This document shows positions 10,046 to 19,259 of a stretch of 64,000 nt of DNA, piece after piece. The DNA is taken from positions 32,001 through 96,000 of the IMG/VR virus record IMGVR_UViG_3300042691_021876. One strand, written 5' to 3'. A program made the translations under genes and the position numbers. The first letter of the stretch is position 1; the number at the start of each line of letters is the position of its first letter. The stretch is from a virus. The notes below the pieces were generated by a model. It did not search any database. It was not told where the DNA came from and saw nothing but the letters and a program-made list of their open reading frames with translations.

Positions 10046-10315
10046 CTAAAACTTAAAGTTTGGCATAGACGGCATGTTAAAGTTTGGTATAGATGGCATC
10101 TTAGGCATACTATTACTTGCAGCAGACATTAGTGAACTTGCAGATTCACCTTGCGATTCTTCCTCTTTCTTACGTCTACCTTCTTCTTCTTCATTGAAGT
10201 TTTTCAAATTCTCCATAAGAATTTCAGCTCGGTAAAATTCCAGCCTATCTAATTCAGAAGGCTGGAGTTTTAATACTTTTAATAAAATGAACTCAGCCTC
10301 AAACCAGTTCGTCAA
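10046..10315 (-). CDS. small tail/baseplate hub assembly protein (gp51-like of T4-related phages; possible frameshift partner)
   Basis: SLTNWFEAEFILLK..LQPSELDRLEFYR pattern; overlaps the upstream gene; TTG start. Confidence 0.55.
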   Translation of the reverse strand: MTNWFEAEFILLKVLKLQPSELDRLEFYRAEILMENLKNFNEEEEGRRKKEEESQGESASSLMSAASNSMPKMPSIPNFNMPSMPNFKF

Positions 10316-11261
10316 AGATATCTGAAATAAGGAAAATAGATTTGATTCCTCCTTGAAAGTTTAAGGGCGCTTTCCCTTCCCCTCCTCCGGACGTTTGATA
10401 TCTGATACCAGGATTAATTGAATCTGATAACATTTCTACAAGTTTGTCCATTACAGAGATTTTCTGTAAACTCCAAGTAAAAGATTCTTGAACTGCTCTA
10501 TCATATGAAGTTTGGTTTAATACTTTCCAATCACTAAATGAAAACGGAGCATACTTAATAAATGTTTTATCAAATGTTTGTCCTGCTTGTTGTTTTTGTT
10601 TAATGAAGTTTTTGATGAATGACATAATACCAAGAGATGGCAAATAGATTTTGAAGTTCTCACCATTTTTCATTTGAATGTGAAAAGATTGATCTTCAGC
10701 ATTGTAATACTTCATGATTCTTTCATCAGGATTAAAATAATCCAATGAATCTTTAGTTACTTCAATTTTTTGGTCTGCGCCATCTTCATCAGATACACTT
10801 ACAAATAAACGGTTCTCGCCATTCTTAAATGTATAATCACGCACTGCAAAGATTAGGTAAAAACGGTCAATTTCTAAAAGATCTTTATAAGTACCAGGTT
10901 TTCCAGGCACTTTAATTCTAACACATTTTTCCATGATAAAGTTAAGCATATCATCTACACCTAATAAGTCATTATCATCGATTGTTGACCAGTGACGGAT
11001 TTCTGAAACTGTTGCTGCTCTTAAAGCAACTTGTGTTCCAGCTCTGTAAAACATACCTTGTGAAGGTAGAGATTCCATTGGCATATTCTTCCAGCCAATT
11101 TCTGCTGCTAACACTTCATCATCTTCATATTCTACAAATTTCTGTGCTTTACCAATAATAGCCGGTTTAGCTTCTTCGGTAATAGCTTGTTCTTCTTGTT
11201 GAACTAAAAGAGCCGCTTCTTTTTCAAGTAGATCTTTTACATTCTCTGTTTCTTGTGACAT
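10299..11261 (-). CDS. gp26-like baseplate hub / tail assembly chaperone
   Basis: LPSQGMFY..., DLLEIDRFYLIFAVRDYT pattern; between tube and tape measure; start moved to ATG at 11261 because the late motif lies at 11288-11295. Confidence 0.6.
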   Translation of the reverse strand: MSQETENVKDLLEKEAALLVQQEEQAITEEAKPAIIGKAQKFVEYEDDEVLAAEIGWKNMPMESLPSQGMFYRAGTQVALRAATVSEIRHWSTIDDNDLLGVDDMLNFIMEKCVRIKVPGKPGTYKDLLEIDRFYLIFAVRDYTFKNGENRLFVSVSDEDGADQKIEVTKDSLDYFNPDERIMKYYNAEDQSFHIQMKNGENFKIYLPSLGIMSFIKNFIKQKQQAGQTFDKTFIKYAPFSFSDWKVLNQTSYDRAVQESFTWSLQKISVMDKLVEMLSDSINPGIRYQTSGGGEGKAPLNFQGGIKSIFLISDIFDELV

Positions 11262-11327
11262 ATATTCTATATTATTTAGATTTAGTTTATATATCACAGG
11301 TATGTAATGGTTCTTAAATTTAGGCAC

Positions 11328-11356
11328 AAAAAAAGAGGGAACTTGCGAACCCTCTT
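11328..11356 (-). terminator. intrinsic terminator after tail tube gene
   Basis: minus strand AAGAGGG-TTCGCAAGTT-CCCTCTT followed by a T run. Confidence 0.75.
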
Positions 11357-11375
11357 ATTATTAAGTTTAAATTTC

Positions 11376-11933
11376 TTAAAGAATTGTTTCTTCCCAGTAA
11401 TCTGCAGTAAGTGAAAATCCTGTGATTTTGTAGATTCCATTATCCACAAAGTCAGATCCCATTGCAGGAAGCGGTGTTTTAGGAAATACCACAGGACATT
11501 TAACTTGACGGAAGATATCCCCCGCTTTGTTAAAATAATTGATGATCATTGGACCACCTGTGTAATCTTTCTTAAGTCCCATCTTACCAGTTAGCGGATC
11601 GTATATAAGGTCACACCATTTACGAAGTGCTTTATACACATAAGCTGAGTTGCTGTCATCTAAGTTAACCTCAAAATCTAATTTGATTTCAAGAACTGCG
11701 TCAGTAACCATACCACCAGCAAAAGTTCTAGTTGCTGATTTGTATGTTTGCTTTACTTGTTCTGGTAATCTGTTAGTTTCAATTCCTTCAACTTTTGTAC
11801 AGTTTTCCATTACCAGTGTCCAACCAGTAACGGCTGCAGGCGGAGTTAGAAGAACCTCGAACTGTGCGTTGTACAACGGTTCGAATTTTTGCATTGCCGC
11901 CTGGGAGTTTCTATAATGTGGAAGTCCTGCCAT
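11376..11933 (-). CDS. tail tube protein (T4 gp19-like)
   Basis: 185 aa, directly after sheath; YKALRKWCDLIYDPLTGKMGLKKDY motif. Confidence 0.8.
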   Translation of the reverse strand: MAGLPHYRNSQAAMQKFEPLYNAQFEVLLTPPAAVTGWTLVMENCTKVEGIETNRLPEQVKQTYKSATRTFAGGMVTDAVLEIKLDFEVNLDDSNSAYVYKALRKWCDLIYDPLTGKMGLKKDYTGGPMIINYFNKAGDIFRQVKCPVVFPKTPLPAMGSDFVDNGIYKITGFSLTADYWEETIL

Positions 11934-11974
11934 TTTTATCTTTTATTTATTTTTGCTAATTCTATTGTTAATCC

Positions 11975-14900
11975 TTAGGCTGCTGTAAAACCTCCAGAAG
12001 AGATTGTTCCAGTTTTAAGTATTGTCATACGGTTAATAAATTTCTGGATTCCACGAGCAGGCTCAATAGCAACATCGATTATACCGAAGTTTTGGTCGAT
12101 AATTGCTGGCGTATTATTCGTATCATCCATGATAACAGCGTAATTGTATACACCTCCAGCATTTCTTACAGTGTCAAGATAAGTCTCTACGATAGAACGA
12201 ATTTCTAAACGTGTTGAAGCATCATTAAACTCAAATAAGTATTGTTGTAAGATTTCTTCAATCGCTTCTTCAATCGTAATAAGTAAATCTCTAACGTGTA
12301 AGTTATTAAATGCGGATAGCGTGCGTTGGTAAGCTGTTTGGTTTGCGAATATCATCGGACCAACATTTTTAACTGTAACGATTGGGTTAATACCTTTTGG
12401 TTCAAGATTCTCTCTATCAGAAAGTAAGTAATCGTATTCCATTCTAACAAATTTCGGATTAGAGATTACACCACGGCGTGGACCAGCAACGATTGCAAAT
12501 GGTTCACCGTTAATGAATTTTCTTACGAAATTGTTTGATACGTCTGCAGCTGGCGGAACGCTGATCTCTTTGTTGTTCTCACGGATAATAACGTTAGGTG
12601 AGAATACACCAATGAATTTAGCTCCTTGACCTTCATCAGGTAACCCCCAGATATACGATGGTCCTAATGAAAGGTTACCTCCATCAGCAATATACGTAGT
12701 GTTAAGAACTGGTTTTGGATTTCCAGCAGCCGGGTCAGGCAAGTCTGTAAATCTTGGGTCAGTACTGTTTTGGAACTGAGCACATGATGGCGCATTAAGA
12801 AGAGCTAAACATTTTTGACGATTCATAGCTAATCTACTTAATACTTGTTTTGGACCCATGTTAGGCTCAAGACCACCGTTAAATGTATCAACGATATAAC
12901 GGAAAGCAATTACATCTTTATCTGCAAGTGTTACTGCAAGATTTGTATTCTCAAGAACTCCGTATATTTTTTCTAATTGAGTAGGAGTACCAGGTAAGTG
13001 GTAATCAGTCAATGTAAATCCTGAAAGCCTTGTAAATTGGTAACGATCACAGAATTTTTGGATTGGCGCAAACTTAGTAATTTTTGATGTACCTGATGTA
13101 ATATCAACAAGAGGAGTATCAAGAACTGTATATTCGAAGAATGGTAATCCAGTAGCTGGATCAAGTTTCTTAACCTTAGCAGTTACTCTAATAAGAATAG
13201 GATTAGCAACATTGTTGTTTACAACGTAATCACCAATTTCTAAGCTAGCAGCATTTGTTGGAGTTAATTTGAATTTTTTACCACCACCGTAAAGTCCTGG
13301 CGCTTCAATCGCAATTTGTTCACTAAGGTTTTTCGCAAGAGATGAATAGATTGCAATATCATTAGTTGCATTAGATCCATCAGTATAAACTATAGAACCA
13401 TCGTATGTAAGGTTAACATCAGCAAATGTGTTATCAGCTTTGTTTAATAATGTGTTTGCTGTGTATTGCTCAACTTTTGCTCCAGATAAACCATATGCAA
13501 TTTTAGTATAAGTATCTTTATCAGCGTTCCAAGAATTTGTTACATTCAAGTAATTGTATTGTGAAGAACCAGAACCATATTTAATACGGTCACCGTCAAT
13601 CACAAGGCTACCTGCAATGTTTTTAGCAAGTTTGTTACCTGGATAAGATTCGTAAACAGCAAGTGATGCAATAGAATTTCCTGTAGAAGGAGCAGAACCA
13701 TTGTATGTATTAGTTGGTACGTTTGTTGCTGTATTATTAACTTCAACATAAAATTGTTGACCGCCTGGTAATGTAACTTTAATAAGATCACCTGAAACAG
13801 TTGGTGCAGTATCAAAAGGATTTTCATTAGCCGTTGCAGTACCTACAATACGAACAGATTTGAAATCACCAGAAGTGTTATCAATATCATATGCAGCTAA
13901 TACACCAGTTTCATCAACGATATGCCAATCATCAGAACCTGTATTAATATCAATACCTTGAGTTACATTATAAAGAGTTACTTTATTTTTGTCATCTTTA
14001 GTTTCAGTTTGACCTAAACCTGCAATTTTTGAGTAAACAGTATTTACAGAAGCAATGTAACCAAAATCATTATTACCGTTAATATCAAGATCTGGTATTA
14101 AGTTTATAGCAACAGGCTCATGCGTATCAAACATTGTTACTGTAATATCTCCAGGTTGTAAGTAAGATGCAAATTCATCAAACGGGAATCCTGCAGTACA
14201 GTATTTACTTTGATAGAATGGAGCGCCATTAGTTAAACCTGTTGTTTTAAATGTAACAGTCATGACACCACCTAGTTGTGATACAGTGTCAACTTCAAAA
14301 TACTTAGCATATCCTGGAGCTTGGATTAATACGATATCATCTTGTGTAAGTGATGGGCCTGTAGAAATACCGGTTACTGTTACTGTTCCATTTGATGCAG
14401 GAGCACCTCCTAAAGATGCAGAAGGAAGGGTAAGTACATCATTTAAAGTGTAACCTTCACCACCTTGCGCAATAGTTACAACAGCAGCACCCTGGTTATT
14501 ATATGTTACATTAAATATTGCACTGTAACCAGTTCCTCCAGTTGCGGCAATATTTGTGTATGTAACTGGTAAGAAACCTGTAGTTGCAATTGGAATAAGA
14601 GTAATATCATTAGCTCCTGATACTCCACCAATTAAAGCACCGTCAATAGTTAATGTATCACCTGGGCGATATTGTGATCCAACAGAAGTTAATAGAGCTG
14701 GTAAAGCAATACCATAAACATTCAGTGAACTAACAGTAACAGTTAATGTAGCACCTGTACCATTAACCGATGTTGTTGTTGTGGCAACACCAGCATATGT
14801 AGCTCCTACAATAAGTGAAACATCAATAGTTACGTTTTGACCAGATAGACCTCCAAGAAGAGTGCCATCAATAGTAATAGTATCACCAATGAAGTAACCA

Positions 14901-16681
14901 TTACCACCCGCATTAACAGTTACACCGCCAATTGCTTGAACATTACCAGAACCGTCAGTAATTACATCCACAGTTAAACCAGTACCACCACCCGTTGTTG
15001 CAATAGCGGTAAATGTTGTAGACGGTGTATAAGCACCACCCGTTTGTCCTAATGTACCATCATCAAACTGAAAAGCAGGTCGCCCAATAGTTGGAGGAGT
15101 CCAAGTATTACCAATAGCAGTAATTGCTTGCCCTTTTGCCGTTGTTTGTGTTAGTGTAGAAATAGTTGTGATTGTATCACCAGTATTTGCTGGCTCTATT
15201 ACTTCAATAGTATTTGCTAGAGTCGGAACAGTAGCAGCAACAGTTTTCATAATGTAATTTGATTCTGGACCATCTGCTAAAAGAACACCTGAATTTTCAT
15301 AAGCAGCATCAACGTGAAGAGGAGTGCTTAATTGTAACTCAAGTGATGAACCAGTGTCAATGATATTGTCAATTTTAACAAAGTCATTAGGTAAAGAACT
15401 ATCGTTAATAGTATCAGTACCAAAAGTTTTAATTAATGAATTTGTTGTAAGAGCAGCTGATAAAGCATCATATTGTGCAACTGTAAAAGTTGTATCAGAC
15501 GGGTACGGCTTAGGAATAACTAATACGTTATTAAATAAACCTTTATCACCGCCGAAAGGATATGACTTAACATATACGATTGGTGATAATGAAACGTCAG
15601 TTACTTGAAGCGTTGGATCAAATCCAAAATTAACTGTATTTTTTAAACCTGTGAAAGTTAAAAGAGTTTTAATTGGTGTATTGTATGATAAGAAGTCAAT
15701 CACGTCATCAGTTGTGTTAATTAAGCTGTTTCCAACCATGTCAACTTTATATACTGAATTATCGTAATCATCAAAAGCTTCTTTATTCAAGTTACAGAAT
15801 ACTCCTGTTAATGCAACTGCTGAATTAAGGATAACATCAATAGATTGGTTAGAACCGTTGTTATCAATAAAGTCAGGTATGATAGTTCCTGTAAAAGATC
15901 CAGTCATTGTTACACCGTCAAGGCTTAAGAACTCAAAGAAGTTGCTTGATTTGATACCTCTTAAGTCAAAGTATTTAGAATACGTTGGATCTTGAGAAAG
16001 TAATTGTAAATTTGTCCAGTCTCCTTTCACAACATAAACGTCAACGAAATAATCTGAAAGATAATCGTTAGGTTGGATGTATGAAGGAACGTTTCCTCTT
16101 CCATAGTAATCATCAGCTGTTATATTGTATAACGATGCATTGTCTGATTTACGAACGATGATTGATTGTACTTCTTGTCCAAGATTAACGAAGTTAAACA
16201 AACGGCCACGGTTGGCAGGCTTGCTGTCTACTGTTGCTTGTAAGTATGCTTCATCTGGGAACCAGAAGCGTTCTTTGTTGTAAAAAGATGAAAGAAGCGC
16301 TCTTGTTAAGTTACCGTTTGATTCGTTTGCTGCAATAGCAAAAGAACGATAGTCAACAGCGTCTCCACCTTCGTTTACCGGGATGTTATTCAACGGTAGA
16401 AGATTTAATCCGAATACCGGTGCTGTCTGTAAACAAGTTTCGATTGCTCTGTGGAAAAAAGAACCTCTTTTCTCAAGGAAGGAGTCAACTTCACCAAATA
16501 CTTTACGAGATGTTGCTACATCACGTAAAAATACTGGAGCGTTAAACGGTCCTTTACGAGAGAAACCTACTACAAGACGGATAGTCTGTGTAGTCACAAC
16601 GATTCTTTCTGATGCGTCAAACTCTATTGTGTAGACACCAGATGCCTTAAATCTATTAAGATCAAGTGTGATTTTGGCCAT
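11975..16681 (-). CDS. contractile tail sheath protein (T4 gp18-like) with large insertions
   Basis: N-terminal SGVYTIEFD..VGFSRKGPFN and C-terminal AGPRRG..INPI..LHVRDLL..FEFND..TR..NNTPAIIDQN sheath motifs. Confidence 0.9.
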   Translation of the reverse strand: MAKITLDLNRFKASGVYTIEFDASERIVVTTQTIRLVVGFSRKGPFNAPVFLRDVATSRKVFGEVDSFLEKRGSFFHRAIETCLQTAPVFGLNLLPLNNIPVNEGGDAVDYRSFAIAANESNGNLTRALLSSFYNKERFWFPDEAYLQATVDSKPANRGRLFNFVNLGQEVQSIIVRKSDNASLYNITADDYYGRGNVPSYIQPNDYLSDYFVDVYVVKGDWTNLQLLSQDPTYSKYFDLRGIKSSNFFEFLSLDGVTMTGSFTGTIIPDFIDNNGSNQSIDVILNSAVALTGVFCNLNKEAFDDYDNSVYKVDMVGNSLINTTDDVIDFLSYNTPIKTLLTFTGLKNTVNFGFDPTLQVTDVSLSPIVYVKSYPFGGDKGLFNNVLVIPKPYPSDTTFTVAQYDALSAALTTNSLIKTFGTDTINDSSLPNDFVKIDNIIDTGSSLELQLSTPLHVDAAYENSGVLLADGPESNYIMKTVAATVPTLANTIEVIEPANTGDTITTISTLTQTTAKGQAITAIGNTWTPPTIGRPAFQFDDGTLGQTGGAYTPSTTFTAIATTGGGTGLTVDVITDGSGNVQAIGGVTVNAGGNGYFIGDTITIDGTLLGGLSGQNVTIDVSLIVGATYAGVATTTTSVNGTGATLTVTVSSLNVYGIALPALLTSVGSQYRPGDTLTIDGALIGGVSGANDITLIPIATTGFLPVTYTNIAATGGTGYSAIFNVTYNNQGAAVVTIAQGGEGYTLNDVLTLPSASLGGAPASNGTVTVTGISTGPSLTQDDIVLIQAPGYAKYFEVDTVSQLGGVMTVTFKTTGLTNGAPFYQSKYCTAGFPFDEFASYLQPGDITVTMFDTHEPVAINLIPDLDINGNNDFGYIASVNTVYSKIAGLGQTETKDDKNKVTLYNVTQGIDINTGSDDWHIVDETGVLAAYDIDNTSGDFKSVRIVGTATANENPFDTAPTVSGDLIKVTLPGGQQFYVEVNNTATNVPTNTYNGSAPSTGNSIASLAVYESYPGNKLAKNIAGSLVIDGDRIKYGSGSSQYNYLNVTNSWNADKDTYTKIAYGLSGAKVEQYTANTLLNKADNTFADVNLTYDGSIVYTDGSNATNDIAIYSSLAKNLSEQIAIEAPGLYGGGKKFKLTPTNAASLEIGDYVVNNNVANPILIRVTAKVKKLDPATGLPFFEYTVLDTPLVDITSGTSKITKFAPIQKFCDRYQFTRLSGFTLTDYHLPGTPTQLEKIYGVLENTNLAVTLADKDVIAFRYIVDTFNGGLEPNMGPKQVLSRLAMNRQKCLALLNAPSCAQFQNSTDPRFTDLPDPAAGNPKPVLNTTYIADGGNLSLGPSYIWGLPDEGQGAKFIGVFSPNVIIRENNKEISVPPAADVSNNFVRKFINGEPFAIVAGPRRGVISNPKFVRMEYDYLLSDRENLEPKGINPIVTVKNVGPMIFANQTAYQRTLSAFNNLHVRDLLITIEEAIEEILQQYLFEFNDASTRLEIRSIVETYLDTVRNAGGVYNYAVIMDDTNNTPAIIDQNFGIIDVAIEPARGIQKFINRMTILKTGTISSGGFTAA

Positions 16682-16731
16682 TCTGCTTATTAGTTATTTT
16701 TCTTTGATTGTTATTATTATTCAATCCGTAG

Positions 16732-16739
16732 TATATATC
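16732..16739 (-). promoter_or_regulatory. late-type promoter GATATATA upstream of the tail sheath gene (representative of 15 copies)
   Basis: GATATATA or GAATATATA recurs in short intergenic gaps, mostly before structural genes. Confidence 0.7.
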
Positions 16740-16768
16740 TTAGTAAAACTATCAATTTTTAAAAGATA

Positions 16769-18592
16769 TTACCGCATTCTGTAGTTGTGCGACATTGCGT
16801 CTTTTGGTAAAACATAAGGTGTTGGAGATTCAAAAGACTTAATAGTTTTAAACGCGGATAAGAAATCGTCTTCACCTTTATTATTTTGAGACATTGCCTT
16901 TTCTACAGCTAGTTTATATATTTCAGATGTATTATCATATTTATCCTCAACCATCTCAAAATAATCTGTAGTATCAAATAGAGATACAAGATTAACGCAA
17001 GTCATTGCTACATCATCATGAGCAAGTTGAGATTCATATCTTCCTGACGATGAAATACCGAAAGAACTTAATTCATCAAAGGTTCTCTTTTCATTTATTG
17101 TGATTTTCTTAGATTTAACTAGGTTGCGTAATTCACGACAGAATGTTTCACGGTTATCTTTTAACATTTTAACACCCATCTTTAAACTAGTGTTTGCCAT
17201 TGAATGTCTTGTGTATAAAAATATCTCCGGAAAAAACTCTGTATTTTTAGATAACTTTTCAAATATGATGTTACCTTTAAAGTTAATCTCTAATACTATT
17301 TTACAATTTTCAGGTTCAAATAATTCAAACACTAATAGTTCTAAGACTTTTGCAAGTTCCTCAACAGATTGCATATTAGAACGGAACACACCTACTTGAT
17401 TAAGTCTAAAGAAACTTGTTTCATCATCCCAGTCTCGTGTTTTTCTAACAGATGCAATAGATTGCGGAACTAGATTAAAAATGTTAATCACTGAAAAGTC
17501 ACGACCTACACCATCACCTACGTCAACTGCAAACACATATTTGTCTTTTCCATTCCAAGCATCACCTGGATCAAAAGCCGGTAACCATTTTAAGTTATTA
17601 TTATAGTCAGGATAATCCAAGAAAGGATCTGTCTCTTTACAAACAAACTCTTTAGAAACTCTTTTCATTAACATTAATGTATGGCTATCAAAAAGTAATC
17701 TTGATGACGCTAAGAATTGATTACCGTATTCCTGATTAAATAATTCCTCAGAACCAAGGTTACCAATTTCTCGAGCTTTCCAATCTTCATCACGGCCAGG
17801 TACTTGCCACCAATCAACTCGAATTGGGAAGTAACTATTTTTCCTTTCAATCGCACCTTGATAAATTTCATAAAATAAGTTCATGCCATTTGGCGTAGAA
17901 CATATAATAATTCTTGAAATTTGAGATGATGCAAGTGTAGGGTAAATAGAACGATAGAATGGTAATAAGAAGTTTGAATGAATGTGCGCAAACTCATCGG
18001 CAAATAATAAGTGAATGGTAAAACCGATAGCTGCTGTTTTTGTTGTTGCTTGTGAGAATAGACGGCAACCATTATCAAACCTCATACCTGTTACACCACC
18101 TGCAGTAATACCAGGTTTCATAAAGAATGGCAAATTCTTAAGAACAGTTTTAATCTTATCAACAATTTCAGAAGTAGTAGCTAATTTATTTGCAACTACC
18201 ATGATATTTCTATCAGAGTGAAAACATAAATACCATGCAATGAAAATCGATGATGTTACAGTTTTACCAATCTGACGAGATGCAAGCATTACCACAAAAC
18301 GATTATCCTGGAATGCCGCAAGCATATCTTCCTGATATGGTCTTAAACTAATTTGACGAATACCTTCATCCGTCATAGAGTAACAGTACTTGTTACCAAA
18401 GTAAACTACGTCATTAGCACATCTTGCTAATTCCTCAAGCTCTTCTCTTGTATATTCATATACAAGTTCAGGCGCTTTCATATCAATCTTGCCGTCAAAA
18501 AATGGTGAATAATCCGCAGTTAAACCGCGTTCAATTCTATCAACCTCTTCAGCAATTTTCTTGCTATTCCAAATCTTACCTCTATTCGACAT
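16769..18592 (-). CDS. terminase large subunit (T4 gp17-like)
   Basis: LRPYQ, Walker A ASRQIGKT, Walker B LLFADEFAH, STPNG, nuclease DVGDGVGRDFS and HDD. Confidence 0.93.
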   Translation of the reverse strand: MSNRGKIWNSKKIAEEVDRIERGLTADYSPFFDGKIDMKAPELVYEYTREELEELARCANDVVYFGNKYCYSMTDEGIRQISLRPYQEDMLAAFQDNRFVVMLASRQIGKTVTSSIFIAWYLCFHSDRNIMVVANKLATTSEIVDKIKTVLKNLPFFMKPGITAGGVTGMRFDNGCRLFSQATTKTAAIGFTIHLLFADEFAHIHSNFLLPFYRSIYPTLASSQISRIIICSTPNGMNLFYEIYQGAIERKNSYFPIRVDWWQVPGRDEDWKAREIGNLGSEELFNQEYGNQFLASSRLLFDSHTLMLMKRVSKEFVCKETDPFLDYPDYNNNLKWLPAFDPGDAWNGKDKYVFAVDVGDGVGRDFSVINIFNLVPQSIASVRKTRDWDDETSFFRLNQVGVFRSNMQSVEELAKVLELLVFELFEPENCKIVLEINFKGNIIFEKLSKNTEFFPEIFLYTRHSMANTSLKMGVKMLKDNRETFCRELRNLVKSKKITINEKRTFDELSSFGISSSGRYESQLAHDDVAMTCVNLVSLFDTTDYFEMVEDKYDNTSEIYKLAVEKAMSQNNKGEDDFLSAFKTIKSFESPTPYVLPKDAMSHNYRMR

Positions 18593-19259
18593 TTGTTATG
18601 TTGTTGTCATTTGGTGTTGATCCTGCTCTACGCTCTGGTATTGCATCGCGAAGAGTTTCAATAAGAGCTTTACCACCTCTCATTTGATAAGTTCCTGGTG
18701 TTGTTTCAATTTCAGCGTCTTGGTCAATTAATAGTGGTTCATCACTCATCTTAACTCTATAATCTTCTTTCAGATTCTTGTAGTTATTTTCCATGATTAC
18801 CATGAATTGCGCAAGATGCTTAACAATTTCCATTTTAGATCTTTGCAGTGAAGCAAGAACCTCAAATGTACGTGGGTGTAAATTACCTCCGTCAATTTCT
18901 TCAAGTAATTTAATGATTGCATGTTCTGCGGTTTTCATTTGGAAAAGCAAATTTGAAACTGTGATTTTATCAACCACACTTTTTTGCTTTACATACGGAA
19001 TACTTGAAATGATTTCAGGGTTTAAATAAAACTCTGCGATAGAATTAACAATCGTTTCGGAATTGCTATCAGAATATGTTTTTACTCTTTCGTAATCCAT
19101 AAAGTTACCTTCACGTGCAGGTAACATACTCTTTGCGTCTTCAATACTTAATTGAATATCTTCAATTCCCGAGGATAACATTTTTTCCAGTTCATCGCGA
19201 AGTTCCATTTCTCGCTTTTTGTCTTCTGGTATTTTTCTCATATTACTTAGTTTTGCCAA
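18582..19259 (-). CDS. putative terminase small subunit
   Basis: helical 225-aa protein overlapping the terL start; HPRTFEVLASL resembles a gp16-like motif. Confidence 0.5.
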   Translation of the reverse strand: MAKLSNMRKIPEDKKREMELRDELEKMLSSGIEDIQLSIEDAKSMLPAREGNFMDYERVKTYSDSNSETIVNSIAEFYLNPEIISSIPYVKQKSVVDKITVSNLLFQMKTAEHAIIKLLEEIDGGNLHPRTFEVLASLQRSKMEIVKHLAQFMVIMENNYKNLKEDYRVKMSDEPLLIDQDAEIETTPGTYQMRGGKALIETLRDAIPERRAGSTPNDNNITNVE

